Assembly: GCA_963602685.1 (NCBI GenBank) | Contig: CAVCJG010000002.1 | Location: forward strand, 34,547-98,546 | Direction of reading: 5' to 3' | DNA length: 64,000 nucleotides | DNA from: Eggerthellaceae bacterium | GTDB taxonomy: Bacteria; Bacillota; Clostridia; Christensenellales; UBA1242 | In this document: positions 8,839-17,415 of the stretch, one piece after another | Position numbering within the stretch: the stretch's first letter is position 1 | Layout: every line of letters starts with the position of its first letter | Program-made: the position numbers and the translations under genes | Notes under the pieces: generated by a model | What the model was told of the DNA's origin: nothing | Seen by the model: the letters and a program-made list of their open reading frames with translations, nothing else | Databases searched by the model: none

Positions 8839-9306
8839 ATGGAAAAACTTGGAACAAGCATTTTAATAACATGTTTAGACGAAGTGGTCGGCAGCAATCT
8901 TGCGCAGCAGTTTGCAAATTTTTTGGGGTTGCATTTTGCTTGCTGCAAAGAGATTATCGAATATGACCTTTTTGACAGTGGGGCAATACTGCAAAAGTGC
9001 GGAGCCGAATACTTTGCCAAGCGCGAACAATCTGTCATGAAAGATATTTCAAGATATGAAGACAGCGTGATATTTATAAATTTTGACCTATACAAAAACA
9101 ACATCAAGTTGTTTAAAGACATTCATCCAAGCATATATCTCAACTTGCCAAAGAAAAAACTGTCTGCAAAAGAGACGGTCAATTCGATTGCATACGACGA
9201 ACATAGTGCTTTTTTAAAAGCAAAATGCGACATAATTGTCGACATAAACTCAGCAAACAAAAGTGCCCTTTCAAAGGTTATAAAGGAGATTAACTCAAAA
9301 TTATGA
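8839..9306 (+). CDS. Shikimate-kinase-fold protein with a degenerate P-loop
   Basis: 155 aa that aligns by eye with AroK. AroK GPMGAGKSTIGRQLAQQL aligns with TCLDEVVGSNLAQQFANFL. The GGG lid position reads NFD. Confidence 0.4.
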   Translation: MEKLGTSILITCLDEVVGSNLAQQFANFLGLHFACCKEIIEYDLFDSGAILQKCGAEYFAKREQSVMKDISRYEDSVIFINFDLYKNNIKLFKDIHPSIYLNLPKKKLSAKETVNSIAYDEHSAFLKAKCDIIVDINSANKSALSKVIKEINSKL

Positions 9307-11270
9307 AAAAAATCGCTCAAAAATCGTTAAATTATCTTAAAGCGTTGACAGCAGAGACAATTTCTCATGCCGGCTCGGGACACACGGGCGCTTCGCTTGG
9401 AGCAAGCAGCATTTTGTTTGCACTTTTTAAAGACCACTATAAATTTGATGTTTCAGACACCGATTTCTTAAATCGTGACCGCTTTGTTTTGTCGGCTGGA
9501 CATGCCAGTGCGCTTTATTATTCGTTGCTTGCTATGTTTGGCTTTGAAGTTACGATTGAAGACCTTAAAAATTTCAGAAAATATGGCTCAATTACTTCGG
9601 GACATCCAGAATTTAGACTTATAAATGCAGTTGAAACAACAACTGGACCTTTGGGCGAAGGCGTTGCAAACGCAGTGGGAATGGCTATGGCAGAAAGCAT
9701 TATGGAAGAAAAGTTTAATGCTATCGGATTTCCTATCATAAACAATTACACATACTGCCTTGCAGGCGACGGCGATTTGATGGAAGGCGTTGCGCAAGAA
9801 GCGTGCTCGCTTGCCGGAACTTACAGCTTAAAACGCTTGATTATTTTGTATGATTCAAACGACGTCACTATGGACGGCAGCATCAACTTGTCAAATCGTG
9901 AAAACATGGCGAAAAAATTTAAAGCGATGGGCTTTAAAGTCATCAATGTTCCAAAAGGCAACAATTTGACAGATTGCTCAAACGCGATTGCAAAAGCAAA
10001 ACGCAATCAAAAACCAACATTGATTATTTTCCACACAACTATCGGAATTGGAACAAACAAAGAGGGAACAAGCGCTGTTCACGGCTATGCAATGTCAAAC
10101 GAAGAATTGCAAGAATACAAAAAGAAACTTGAAGTTAAAGAAAGCTTCTTCATCCCAAACGACGTGCGTGAATATTGCATGGAGTCAACAATCAACGGCA
10201 AACTCTATCACGACAAATGGAATCAAGAACTTGCCGTTTATGGAACAACACACCCTGAACTTTACAAAAAATTGCTTGCATTTTTCGATAACAAAAGAAT
10301 TGATTACGAAAAAATTGCAGAAGACGAAAAATTTGCTTCGCTTTCAATGCGCGAAATCAACGAAATCGTGTTAAATGACATCGCCGAAAAACTTCAATTT
10401 GTTATTGGCGGAACAGGCGACGTTGCGCCTTCGTCAAAAGCATACATTCACGGCGGCGGAGATTTTGTCGCAGGCAACAAACGCGGCAGAAACATTCACT
10501 TTGGTATTCGCGAACACGCAATGGCTGCAATTTGCAACGGCATAAGCCTTTATGAAGACTTTTTGCCTTTTGATTCAACATTCTTGTCATTTTCAAACTA
10601 TATGCTTCCAGCACTTAGATTGCGCGCTATGATGGGGCTTCCTGTGCTTGACATTTTCACACACGACAGCGTCATTATCGGCGAAGACGGCCCAACACAT
10701 CAACCAATCGAACAACTTGGCATGCTTCGCAGCATTCCAAATTTGAATGTGTTTAGACCATGTGACGCAAACGAACTTTTGGCGGCTTATAAATTTTATT
10801 TAACCGAACGCAAGCCACTTTCGCTTGTTTTAGCAAAACAAAAAATTCAAAATACGGGCCTTACATCTATCAAATCAGCACTGCTTGGCGGCTATGTTTT
10901 AAAACCAGCAAAAAAACAAGCAGAAATTGTTTTGATGGCATCGGGCAGTGAAGTTCCACTTGCATTAAATGTTGCAGCCGAACTTGAAAAGACTTTTGAC
11001 GTAAGCGTAGTAAGCATGCCTTGCTTTGATCTTTTCGAGCAACAATCATCTGCTTACAAAGACAAAGTTTTGCAACCAAATGCAAAATTGCACGTTGCAA
11101 TCGAAGCGTCAAACGACACAATTTGGTATAAATATCTTTCGCCAAGCGATTTAAGAATCGAACTTAACGACTATATGGGCAGTGGCAAAGGTGAAGACCT
11201 TTATCAAAAAGCAGGCTTCTCAACAAAGCAAATTTTGAAGCAAATAAACAAAAAACTTAAAGTGCGATAG
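9303..11270 (+). CDS. tkt: Transketolase
   Basis: 655 aa with HAGSGHTGASLG, GDGDLMEG and EDGPTHQPIE motifs. Confidence 0.9.
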   Translation: MKKIAQKSLNYLKALTAETISHAGSGHTGASLGASSILFALFKDHYKFDVSDTDFLNRDRFVLSAGHASALYYSLLAMFGFEVTIEDLKNFRKYGSITSGHPEFRLINAVETTTGPLGEGVANAVGMAMAESIMEEKFNAIGFPIINNYTYCLAGDGDLMEGVAQEACSLAGTYSLKRLIILYDSNDVTMDGSINLSNRENMAKKFKAMGFKVINVPKGNNLTDCSNAIAKAKRNQKPTLIIFHTTIGIGTNKEGTSAVHGYAMSNEELQEYKKKLEVKESFFIPNDVREYCMESTINGKLYHDKWNQELAVYGTTHPELYKKLLAFFDNKRIDYEKIAEDEKFASLSMREINEIVLNDIAEKLQFVIGGTGDVAPSSKAYIHGGGDFVAGNKRGRNIHFGIREHAMAAICNGISLYEDFLPFDSTFLSFSNYMLPALRLRAMMGLPVLDIFTHDSVIIGEDGPTHQPIEQLGMLRSIPNLNVFRPCDANELLAAYKFYLTERKPLSLVLAKQKIQNTGLTSIKSALLGGYVLKPAKKQAEIVLMASGSEVPLALNVAAELEKTFDVSVVSMPCFDLFEQQSSAYKDKVLQPNAKLHVAIEASNDTIWYKYLSPSDLRIELNDYMGSGKGEDLYQKAGFSTKQILKQINKKLKVR

Positions 11271-11350
11271 TATTCAACAAAAAACAAGATTTTTCTTATG
11301 TGGGCATATTTCATTAGAAAAGTAGAATAGAAATATATACGAGGTGAAAT

Positions 11351-12304
11351 ATGTTTACAAAAAAAAGTCTTGTTCTTTTAAGCGAAAATTCAGACAACGA
11401 AAAGGCAGTTTTAACTCTTGAAAACGACGGCGAACTGATTACGGGCAGATTGCGACTTTACAATTTTGGACGCGAGCCCGAAGGGATTTTAAGCCTGGGC
11501 ATTTATTCAAATCAAAAAGTGATAAAATGCGGATTGGTTCACATTTCGACCATGCTTTATTCGTTTAAAACAAAGCCTGAAATTGGCAACGAATTTTCAT
11601 GCGCCGTTGTAAACATAAACGGAGCGAATGCTGAGCCGATTTTGTTTGGTTCGACCGACGAAAAGCCTAGCGCGCAAAAACTGCTTGAAGTGATTTCAAA
11701 CGAAGCGCTTGATGCCAAAACTGCAAAAGAAGCGGAGCAAGTGCTTGATGAAAATCACATCGAGTATGATAAGTCATTGCAAGATGACATCGACGCAGCA
11801 ATCGACAGCGAAATGGCTAAAAATGACCAAGTGGCAGAGGTGGAGCAGCTTTATACAAAGCTCAGCGCACTGGCAGAAAAAGAAAATCCGCCAAAAGAAA
11901 GCAAATGTGAAAACTGCAAATATAAAAAATGTTTTTTCGGAGAAGAAGAGCAAGAGCAAAAACCTAAATTTTTTGAAGAAATTTCAACTCAAATTGACAA
12001 ACTCTTTTCAGACTCGCCCAAAGAAGAATATCTTGAAAACGCGATTCCTTCGTCTAAGTGGGTGAGAGTTGAGTTTGACGGCAACGGCGACTACTATATT
12101 TTAGGCTTAATATTTGACGAAGACGAAAATGTTAGATATGTTTGCTATGGAGTGCCTGGAATCTATCAAAAACAACCGCCAAAAAATTTGTCTGGCTTTC
12201 CTGTATGGTTCCCACTTGACAAAACCAGACCTGAAAGTTTTGGATATTGGCTGACCTATCAAGACGCCGAAAGCGGAGAAAGCATAAAGGCGATTGTAGA
12301 ATAA
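11351..12304 (+). CDS. Hypothetical protein (317 aa) with an acidic middle region
   Basis: Good SD (GAGGTG). The conserved-looking C-terminus is YVCYGVPG...GYWLTYQDAESGE. No family name recognised. Confidence 0.5.
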   Translation: MFTKKSLVLLSENSDNEKAVLTLENDGELITGRLRLYNFGREPEGILSLGIYSNQKVIKCGLVHISTMLYSFKTKPEIGNEFSCAVVNINGANAEPILFGSTDEKPSAQKLLEVISNEALDAKTAKEAEQVLDENHIEYDKSLQDDIDAAIDSEMAKNDQVAEVEQLYTKLSALAEKENPPKESKCENCKYKKCFFGEEEQEQKPKFFEEISTQIDKLFSDSPKEEYLENAIPSSKWVRVEFDGNGDYYILGLIFDEDENVRYVCYGVPGIYQKQPPKNLSGFPVWFPLDKTRPESFGYWLTYQDAESGESIKAIVE

Positions 12305-12314
12305 AGGAGAACAA

Positions 12315-13259
12315 ATGAAAATCTTATCAATAGTGATATTAAGCATTGTTGGGCTGATACTGCTTTGCATGATAGCATATTTAATCATAGGCTCGGTTTG
12401 CTTTAAAATCGCTCTTTCGCGAAAGAGCACGGCCAAGCGCATCGTCAACAAAACTATGGCCAAGTCGCTTCAAAACTATAAGATCGACCTTTGTTGGTGG
12501 GATAAATTTGAGTTTGAAACCTTGACGCTCATAACAAAAAAAGACGGGTTAAAACTTGTTGGACATTATTTTAGTGGCGGCAATCAAAAACTTGCAATCA
12601 TCGTTCATGGCTATGGCGCAGATTATCGTGAAATGCAAAAATATGCCAAATATTTCTTAGAAAAAAATTATGACATCTTAGCAGTTGAAAACCGCGCGCA
12701 CGGCAACAGCGAAGGCAAGATGATGGGCATGGGTTGGCTGGATAGGTTAGACTTGTTGCAATGGATCGATTTGATGGTTGAAAAAAATCCGAATTATCAA
12801 ATCGTTTTGATGGGGCTTTCAATGGGCGCCAGCACGGTGTGCATGGTTTCAGGCGAAAACCTGCCAAACAATGTAAAAGCAATAATTTCAGATTGCGGCT
12901 ATGCCAATGCCTATGAAGAATTTAAATATGTTTTTAAGTCAAAAGCACACTTGCCAGCGTGGCCAATTTTAAATATTTTTAACATGTATTTAAAAAGCGC
13001 ATACAAGTTTGATTTAAAACAAGCTGACGCAACAGCGCAACTTAAAAAGTGCAAACTTCCAGTTTTGTTTATCCATGGCGACAGCGACAAGTTTGTCCCA
13101 GTCGAAAATGTTTACAAGCTCTCGTCTGCGATAAGTGAAGACAAACGACAGGTGTATATTGCGCCAGGGGCGGACCATGCGATGAGTTATCCAATCGATG
13201 AAATGGCCTATGAAATGGAGCTTAAAAAATTCTTAAATAAATATATGAAAAATAAATAA
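12315..13259 (+). CDS. Alpha/beta hydrolase with an N-terminal TM anchor
   Basis: 314 aa with HGYG, the nucleophile elbow GLSMGAS, and a late D/H (IHGDSD...DH). Confidence 0.75.
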   Translation: MKILSIVILSIVGLILLCMIAYLIIGSVCFKIALSRKSTAKRIVNKTMAKSLQNYKIDLCWWDKFEFETLTLITKKDGLKLVGHYFSGGNQKLAIIVHGYGADYREMQKYAKYFLEKNYDILAVENRAHGNSEGKMMGMGWLDRLDLLQWIDLMVEKNPNYQIVLMGLSMGASTVCMVSGENLPNNVKAIISDCGYANAYEEFKYVFKSKAHLPAWPILNIFNMYLKSAYKFDLKQADATAQLKKCKLPVLFIHGDSDKFVPVENVYKLSSAISEDKRQVYIAPGADHAMSYPIDEMAYEMELKKFLNKYMKNK

Positions 13260-13260
13260 A

Positions 13261-13378
13261 AAATTAAAAATAAAATAAATTAAATTAAAAAATATTTATT
13301 TAATTAAAAACAAAAAATAATAAAATAAATAAAAAATAATCAAAAATGATTAAAAATATTAAAAAAATCAATAAAAAA
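13261..13378. repeat. Near-pure A/T low-complexity tract
   Basis: 118 bp containing only 4 G/C, A-biased on the plus strand. It lies between two convergent genes and ends in a bidirectional hairpin GGCGATTAA/TTAATCGCC. Confidence 0.8.
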
Positions 13379-13391
13379 GGCGATTAAATTG

Positions 13392-16300
13392 TTAATCGCC
13401 TTTATTTTTGCCTGATGTGCGCTCTAAACTTTTGTAAGAAATATAATTTTCGTTTATTTTTTCTTTTGATTTTTTAAACAATTTTTTCGCCCTTTCGCTT
13501 TCGCGTTCGTTTAGATAGGCATATCTTCTTTCGCCAAGCAGGAAAGGCAAGAATTTGTTGTTGATTTCACCGCGGTCGAGGGTGAATCCTTCTTTTGGGT
13601 GATATCTATAAAGCATAACGTATCCTGCTTCGACAGCTTTGCGCATTTCGGTTAATGATTTTGACATTTCAAAGCCATGGTTTACGCAAGTGCAATATGC
13701 AATGATTAAACTTGGGCCGTTGTATGCTTCGGCTTCTCTAAACGCCTTGATGCATTGGTTCATGTCAGCGCCAAGTGCAACGGATGCAACATAAACATTG
13801 CCATAAGTCATTGCCATAAGTCCAAGGTTTTTCTTGCAGGTCTCTTTTCCACCGTCAGCAAGTTTTACTGCTGCGCCAGCAGGGGTGGCTTTTGATGCTT
13901 GCCCGCCAGTGTTTGCATAGCATTCGTTGTCCAAAACTAAAATGTTGACATTTGCGCCACTTGCCAAAACGTGGTCAAGTCCGCCAAATCCGATGTCGTA
14001 TGCCCAGCCGTCACCGCCGATGATCCATACGCTTTCGGATGAGTTTTGTTTTTGCTTTGCAAGTTTGATGCCAAGTCCGAATTCTGCGTTGTCTTCAAAC
14101 AGACTGTTTGCCCAAGCTGGACCTCTGCCGTTGTCGTCTTTTGCAAAAGGACATGATGGATAACTTCCGCCATAGATGCTTGAGCAGCCAGTTGCGTTTG
14201 CTATCACCATTTTGTTTCCAAAAAGCATTGATGCAAGTTTGATGTAAGGTGTTTCGCCGCAGCCAGCACAAGCGCCAGGGAACGAGAAATAATTCTTTTC
14301 AAATTGCAGACCTTTTGTGGTTGATTTTGAGAAAGGTGTTTTGGTGAGTTTTTTAAGTTTTTCAACTTTTTCGAGATTTGATTTTTCTGTTTCAAGCACT
14401 TCTTTTGCTTCTTTTAATATCAGCGCTTTTCCAAGTGCAGGGCAGATTTCTTGGCACAAGCCGCAACCCGTGCAATCTTCTGGCGAAATTTGAATTCTGT
14501 AATATCCGTCAACACCATATGCTTTAACAAAAGGCACGTCTTTTGGCTGTTCTTTTACAAGCACTGCTTTTATTGCGCCATGTGGGCAGGCCAGAACGCA
14601 TTGTCCGCATTGCAAGCATTTGCTTGGTTGCCATTCAGGAATTTTTTCGGCTATCCCGCGTTTTTCAAACTTGGCTGTGTCAGTCTGCACGCTGCCGTCC
14701 TTAGAAAACTCTGAAACAGGTTTTGCATTATAGTTTTCAGCAAATTTTGTTTTAACGTCGTTTTCTGAAATTGAAATGAGTGAAAGTGGCACATTTTTAA
14801 CCGATTTTTTGCCCATTTTTGCCGCTTGAATGTTGTTTTCAACCACTTTTTCGCCTTTGCGAGCAAAGTTGGAATGAATTTCTTCAAAAAGTTTGTTTTC
14901 ATAATCTGGACAAAGCGAAGTCGCCGTGAAAAGCGCGCTTGTCATGATGATGTTGATTTTTTCTTTAAGCGAGCATTCATTTGCAATTTTGTGGCCGTTG
15001 ATTACATATATTTTAGCCTTGCAATCAATCAGTTTTTGCTTATATTTGTTAGGGAGAATTTGCGACAATTCGTCAGGTTCAAAAACTGTGTTAAAGATTA
15101 CAGTTCCGCCTTTTTTAAGCCCGTCAAGGCAGTCATAGCGATGAACAAACGAAAAGTTGTTTATCATAATCACGTCGGCTTCGTGGCATAGATATGTGCT
15201 GTGAATTGGCTTGTCTGAAATGCGCAGGTGTGAAACGGTCATGCTTCCAGATTTTTTGCTGTCATATTCAAAATAGCCCTGAACGTATCTGTCGCCAGAA
15301 GAGCCCAAAATTTTGGTGATAGTTTTGCTTGCAGAAACTGAGCCGTCCGAGCCAAGCCCGAAAATTTTGATTTCTGTTTGTTGAAGTCCCAATGAAACAG
15401 GGATAAGTGGCAGACTTTTGCCTTTTACGTCGTCGACAATTCCGACTGAAAAATCGTCAATCATAGTTTCAAAGTTTGCAATCACAGCCTCCGCCTCGGT
15501 TGGAGAAAATTCTTTTCCGCCGATGCCATAAACGCCGCCGATTATTTGCAAAGAACTTGAAGCAAGCGCGTTTTTAACGTCTAAATAAAGTGGCTCTCTT
15601 GCTCCGCTTTCGCGCGTGCGGTCAAGCACGATAATCTTCTTTGCCGATTTAGGAATTGCCGCCTTAAATGCTTCTTCGTCGAATGGACGATAAAGGTGAA
15701 CTCTAACAAGCCCCAAATTTTTGTGTTTCTGAGTCATTTCAAGCATTGCTTCGCTGCCTGAGCCCATCATAACAACAATGTTTTCGGCGTTTTTGTTGCC
15801 AAAATAGTCAAACTTTGAATATTTTCTGCCAGTAACTTGCTTAAACTTTTTAAAGCAGTCGTCAATGGCTGATAAAACGTTGTCATAAAGTGGTTCTCTT
15901 GCTTCGCGATTTTGGAAAAACACGTCAGGATTTTGCGCTGTTCCAAATTGAAGAGGTTTAAGAGATGTAAGTGCGCTTTGTGGAGGCCATTTTAAAGGGA
16001 AGAGCGCTTTCATTTGCTCTTCGCTGAGCGCTTCAATTTTTTGATATTCGTGGCTTGTTCTAAATCCGTCAAAAAAGTGCAAAACTGGCAGTGAGCACGA
16101 GTGCGCAAGCATGTGTGAAATCATAGCCATGTCTTGGGCTTCTTGAACAGATGAAGAGCAAAGCATATTAAAGCCGGTCATTCTAACGCTCATTACGTCT
16201 GAATGGTCGCCGAAAATTGAAAGGGCGTGTGATGCAACGCTGCGCGCCGCAACATGAATAACTGCAGGCAAACATTCGCCAGCAATTTTATACATATTTG

Positions 16301-16574
16301 GAATCATCAAAAGCAGACCTTGGCTTGAAGTAAAGGTGCAACTAAGTGCGCCACCTAAAAGCGCGCCGTGCAACGTTCCCGCAACGCCGGCTTCTGACTG
16401 CATTTCGATTGTAGTTACTTTTTCGCCAAAGATATTTGTTTTTCCTGCGGCTGAACTTTTTGAAGAGTATTCTGCCATAGGTGAAGAAGGCGTGATTGGG
16501 TAGATTGGAATAATCTCGCTTAAATAATAGGCGACATTGCCGACGGCTGAAGTTGCATCAACTGTTGTTTTCAT
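13392..16574 (-). CDS. nifJ: Pyruvate:ferredoxin (flavodoxin) oxidoreductase
   Basis: About 1060 aa. Two 4Fe-4S motifs (CLQCGQCVLACP, CTGCGLCQEICP) and the TPP site GGDGWAYDIG are present. The start is set at the ATG preceded by AGGAGC. Confidence 0.9.
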   Translation of the reverse strand: MKTTVDATSAVGNVAYYLSEIIPIYPITPSSPMAEYSSKSSAAGKTNIFGEKVTTIEMQSEAGVAGTLHGALLGGALSCTFTSSQGLLLMIPNMYKIAGECLPAVIHVAARSVASHALSIFGDHSDVMSVRMTGFNMLCSSSVQEAQDMAMISHMLAHSCSLPVLHFFDGFRTSHEYQKIEALSEEQMKALFPLKWPPQSALTSLKPLQFGTAQNPDVFFQNREAREPLYDNVLSAIDDCFKKFKQVTGRKYSKFDYFGNKNAENIVVMMGSGSEAMLEMTQKHKNLGLVRVHLYRPFDEEAFKAAIPKSAKKIIVLDRTRESGAREPLYLDVKNALASSSLQIIGGVYGIGGKEFSPTEAEAVIANFETMIDDFSVGIVDDVKGKSLPLIPVSLGLQQTEIKIFGLGSDGSVSASKTITKILGSSGDRYVQGYFEYDSKKSGSMTVSHLRISDKPIHSTYLCHEADVIMINNFSFVHRYDCLDGLKKGGTVIFNTVFEPDELSQILPNKYKQKLIDCKAKIYVINGHKIANECSLKEKINIIMTSALFTATSLCPDYENKLFEEIHSNFARKGEKVVENNIQAAKMGKKSVKNVPLSLISISENDVKTKFAENYNAKPVSEFSKDGSVQTDTAKFEKRGIAEKIPEWQPSKCLQCGQCVLACPHGAIKAVLVKEQPKDVPFVKAYGVDGYYRIQISPEDCTGCGLCQEICPALGKALILKEAKEVLETEKSNLEKVEKLKKLTKTPFSKSTTKGLQFEKNYFSFPGACAGCGETPYIKLASMLFGNKMVIANATGCSSIYGGSYPSCPFAKDDNGRGPAWANSLFEDNAEFGLGIKLAKQKQNSSESVWIIGGDGWAYDIGFGGLDHVLASGANVNILVLDNECYANTGGQASKATPAGAAVKLADGGKETCKKNLGLMAMTYGNVYVASVALGADMNQCIKAFREAEAYNGPSLIIAYCTCVNHGFEMSKSLTEMRKAVEAGYVMLYRYHPKEGFTLDRGEINNKFLPFLLGERRYAYLNERESERAKKLFKKSKEKINENYISYKSLERTSGKNKGD

Positions 16575-16639
16575 ATTTTTTGCTCCTGTCATTATAGAGT
16601 TATTATATAATAAAGTATAAAAAAATCAAACGAAATTGT

Positions 16640-16668
16640 TTGGTATAAATGCAATAAAAGTGTATAAT
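16640..16668 (+). promoter_or_regulatory. Promoter TTGGTA-N17-TATAAT placed 6 nt from the ATG (leaderless geometry)
   Basis: -35 at 16640-16645 and -10 at 16663-16668. truA ATG at 16675 has no SD. Confidence 0.45.
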
Positions 16669-16674
16669 TTCGTT

Positions 16675-17406
16675 ATGCAAAGAGTGAAACTTGAAATTGA
16701 ATATGACGGCAGCAATTTTTATGGCTGGCAACGACAAAAAAACAAGCGCACCGTTCAAGGCGAAATTGAAAAAGCGCTTTCAAGTTTTTTTGGAAGAGAA
16801 GTGCTGGTCACCGGAAGCAGTCGCACAGACGCAGGAGTGCACGCGCTGGCGCAAGTTGCTCACTTTGACTTAGCCGAAGATATGCCTGCCGAAAAGATTG
16901 CGCTTGCTGTAAATCATTTGCTTGATGACGATGTTAAAATCGTTTCATCAAAAAAGGTTGCGCCTAATTTCAGTGCGCGATATGACGTAAAGAAAAAAAC
17001 TTATGTCTATCTCGTTTCGCTTTCACGTTTCAGTCCAATCAAACGCAATTATTATGCTTTTTGCGATTTGCCGCTTGATTATGACAAAATGCAAAAGTGT
17101 GCCGAAATGTTTTTAGGCGAGCATTCATTCAAAGGCTTTTGCGCAAGCGGAGCGCAAGTTAAAAATTACGAGCGCACAATCTATCAATCAAAATTCACAA
17201 AAAACAAAAATGTGCTGAAATTCACATTCACCGGCAACGGCTTTATGCAACACATGGTTCGCATTTTGGTGGGAACAATCATCGATGTTGGCAGGGGCAA
17301 ACTTTCGCTTGATGATGTGGCGGAGGCGCTTAAATGCGGGCAACGCTCAAAGGCGGGCAAAACTATGCCGCCAAACGGGCTTTACTTAAAGAAAATAGTT
17401 TTTTAG
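16675..17406 (+). CDS. truA: tRNA pseudouridine(38-40) synthase
   Basis: Motifs IEYDGSNFYGWQRQ and GSSRTDAGVHA (catalytic Asp). The internal ATG is chosen because the upstream part of the ORF overlaps the promoter. Confidence 0.85.
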   Translation: MQRVKLEIEYDGSNFYGWQRQKNKRTVQGEIEKALSSFFGREVLVTGSSRTDAGVHALAQVAHFDLAEDMPAEKIALAVNHLLDDDVKIVSSKKVAPNFSARYDVKKKTYVYLVSLSRFSPIKRNYYAFCDLPLDYDKMQKCAEMFLGEHSFKGFCASGAQVKNYERTIYQSKFTKNKNVLKFTFTGNGFMQHMVRILVGTIIDVGRGKLSLDDVAEALKCGQRSKAGKTMPPNGLYLKKIVF

Positions 17407-17415
17407 GAGAAAAAA

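Noticed and set aside
11709-12065. 118-aa alternative-frame ORF inside the 11351-12304 gene.
   Set aside because: It is Lys-rich and generated by the A-rich acidic region of the main frame. It has no independent start signals.
13261-13378. A/T-rich repetitive tracts (also 59326-59519) considered as CRISPR arrays or the replication origin/terminus.
   Set aside because: They have no regular repeat-spacer periodicity, no DnaA boxes (TTATCCACA) and no dif-like site. They are treated as low-complexity convergent spacers.
13392-16592. PFOR considered as truncated or a pseudogene, since it is about 1060 aa versus about 1170 aa.
   Set aside because: All core motifs (two ferredoxin clusters and the TPP-binding GDG) and a continuous frame are present. 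The length difference fits loss of the small C-terminal domain and is not disruptive.
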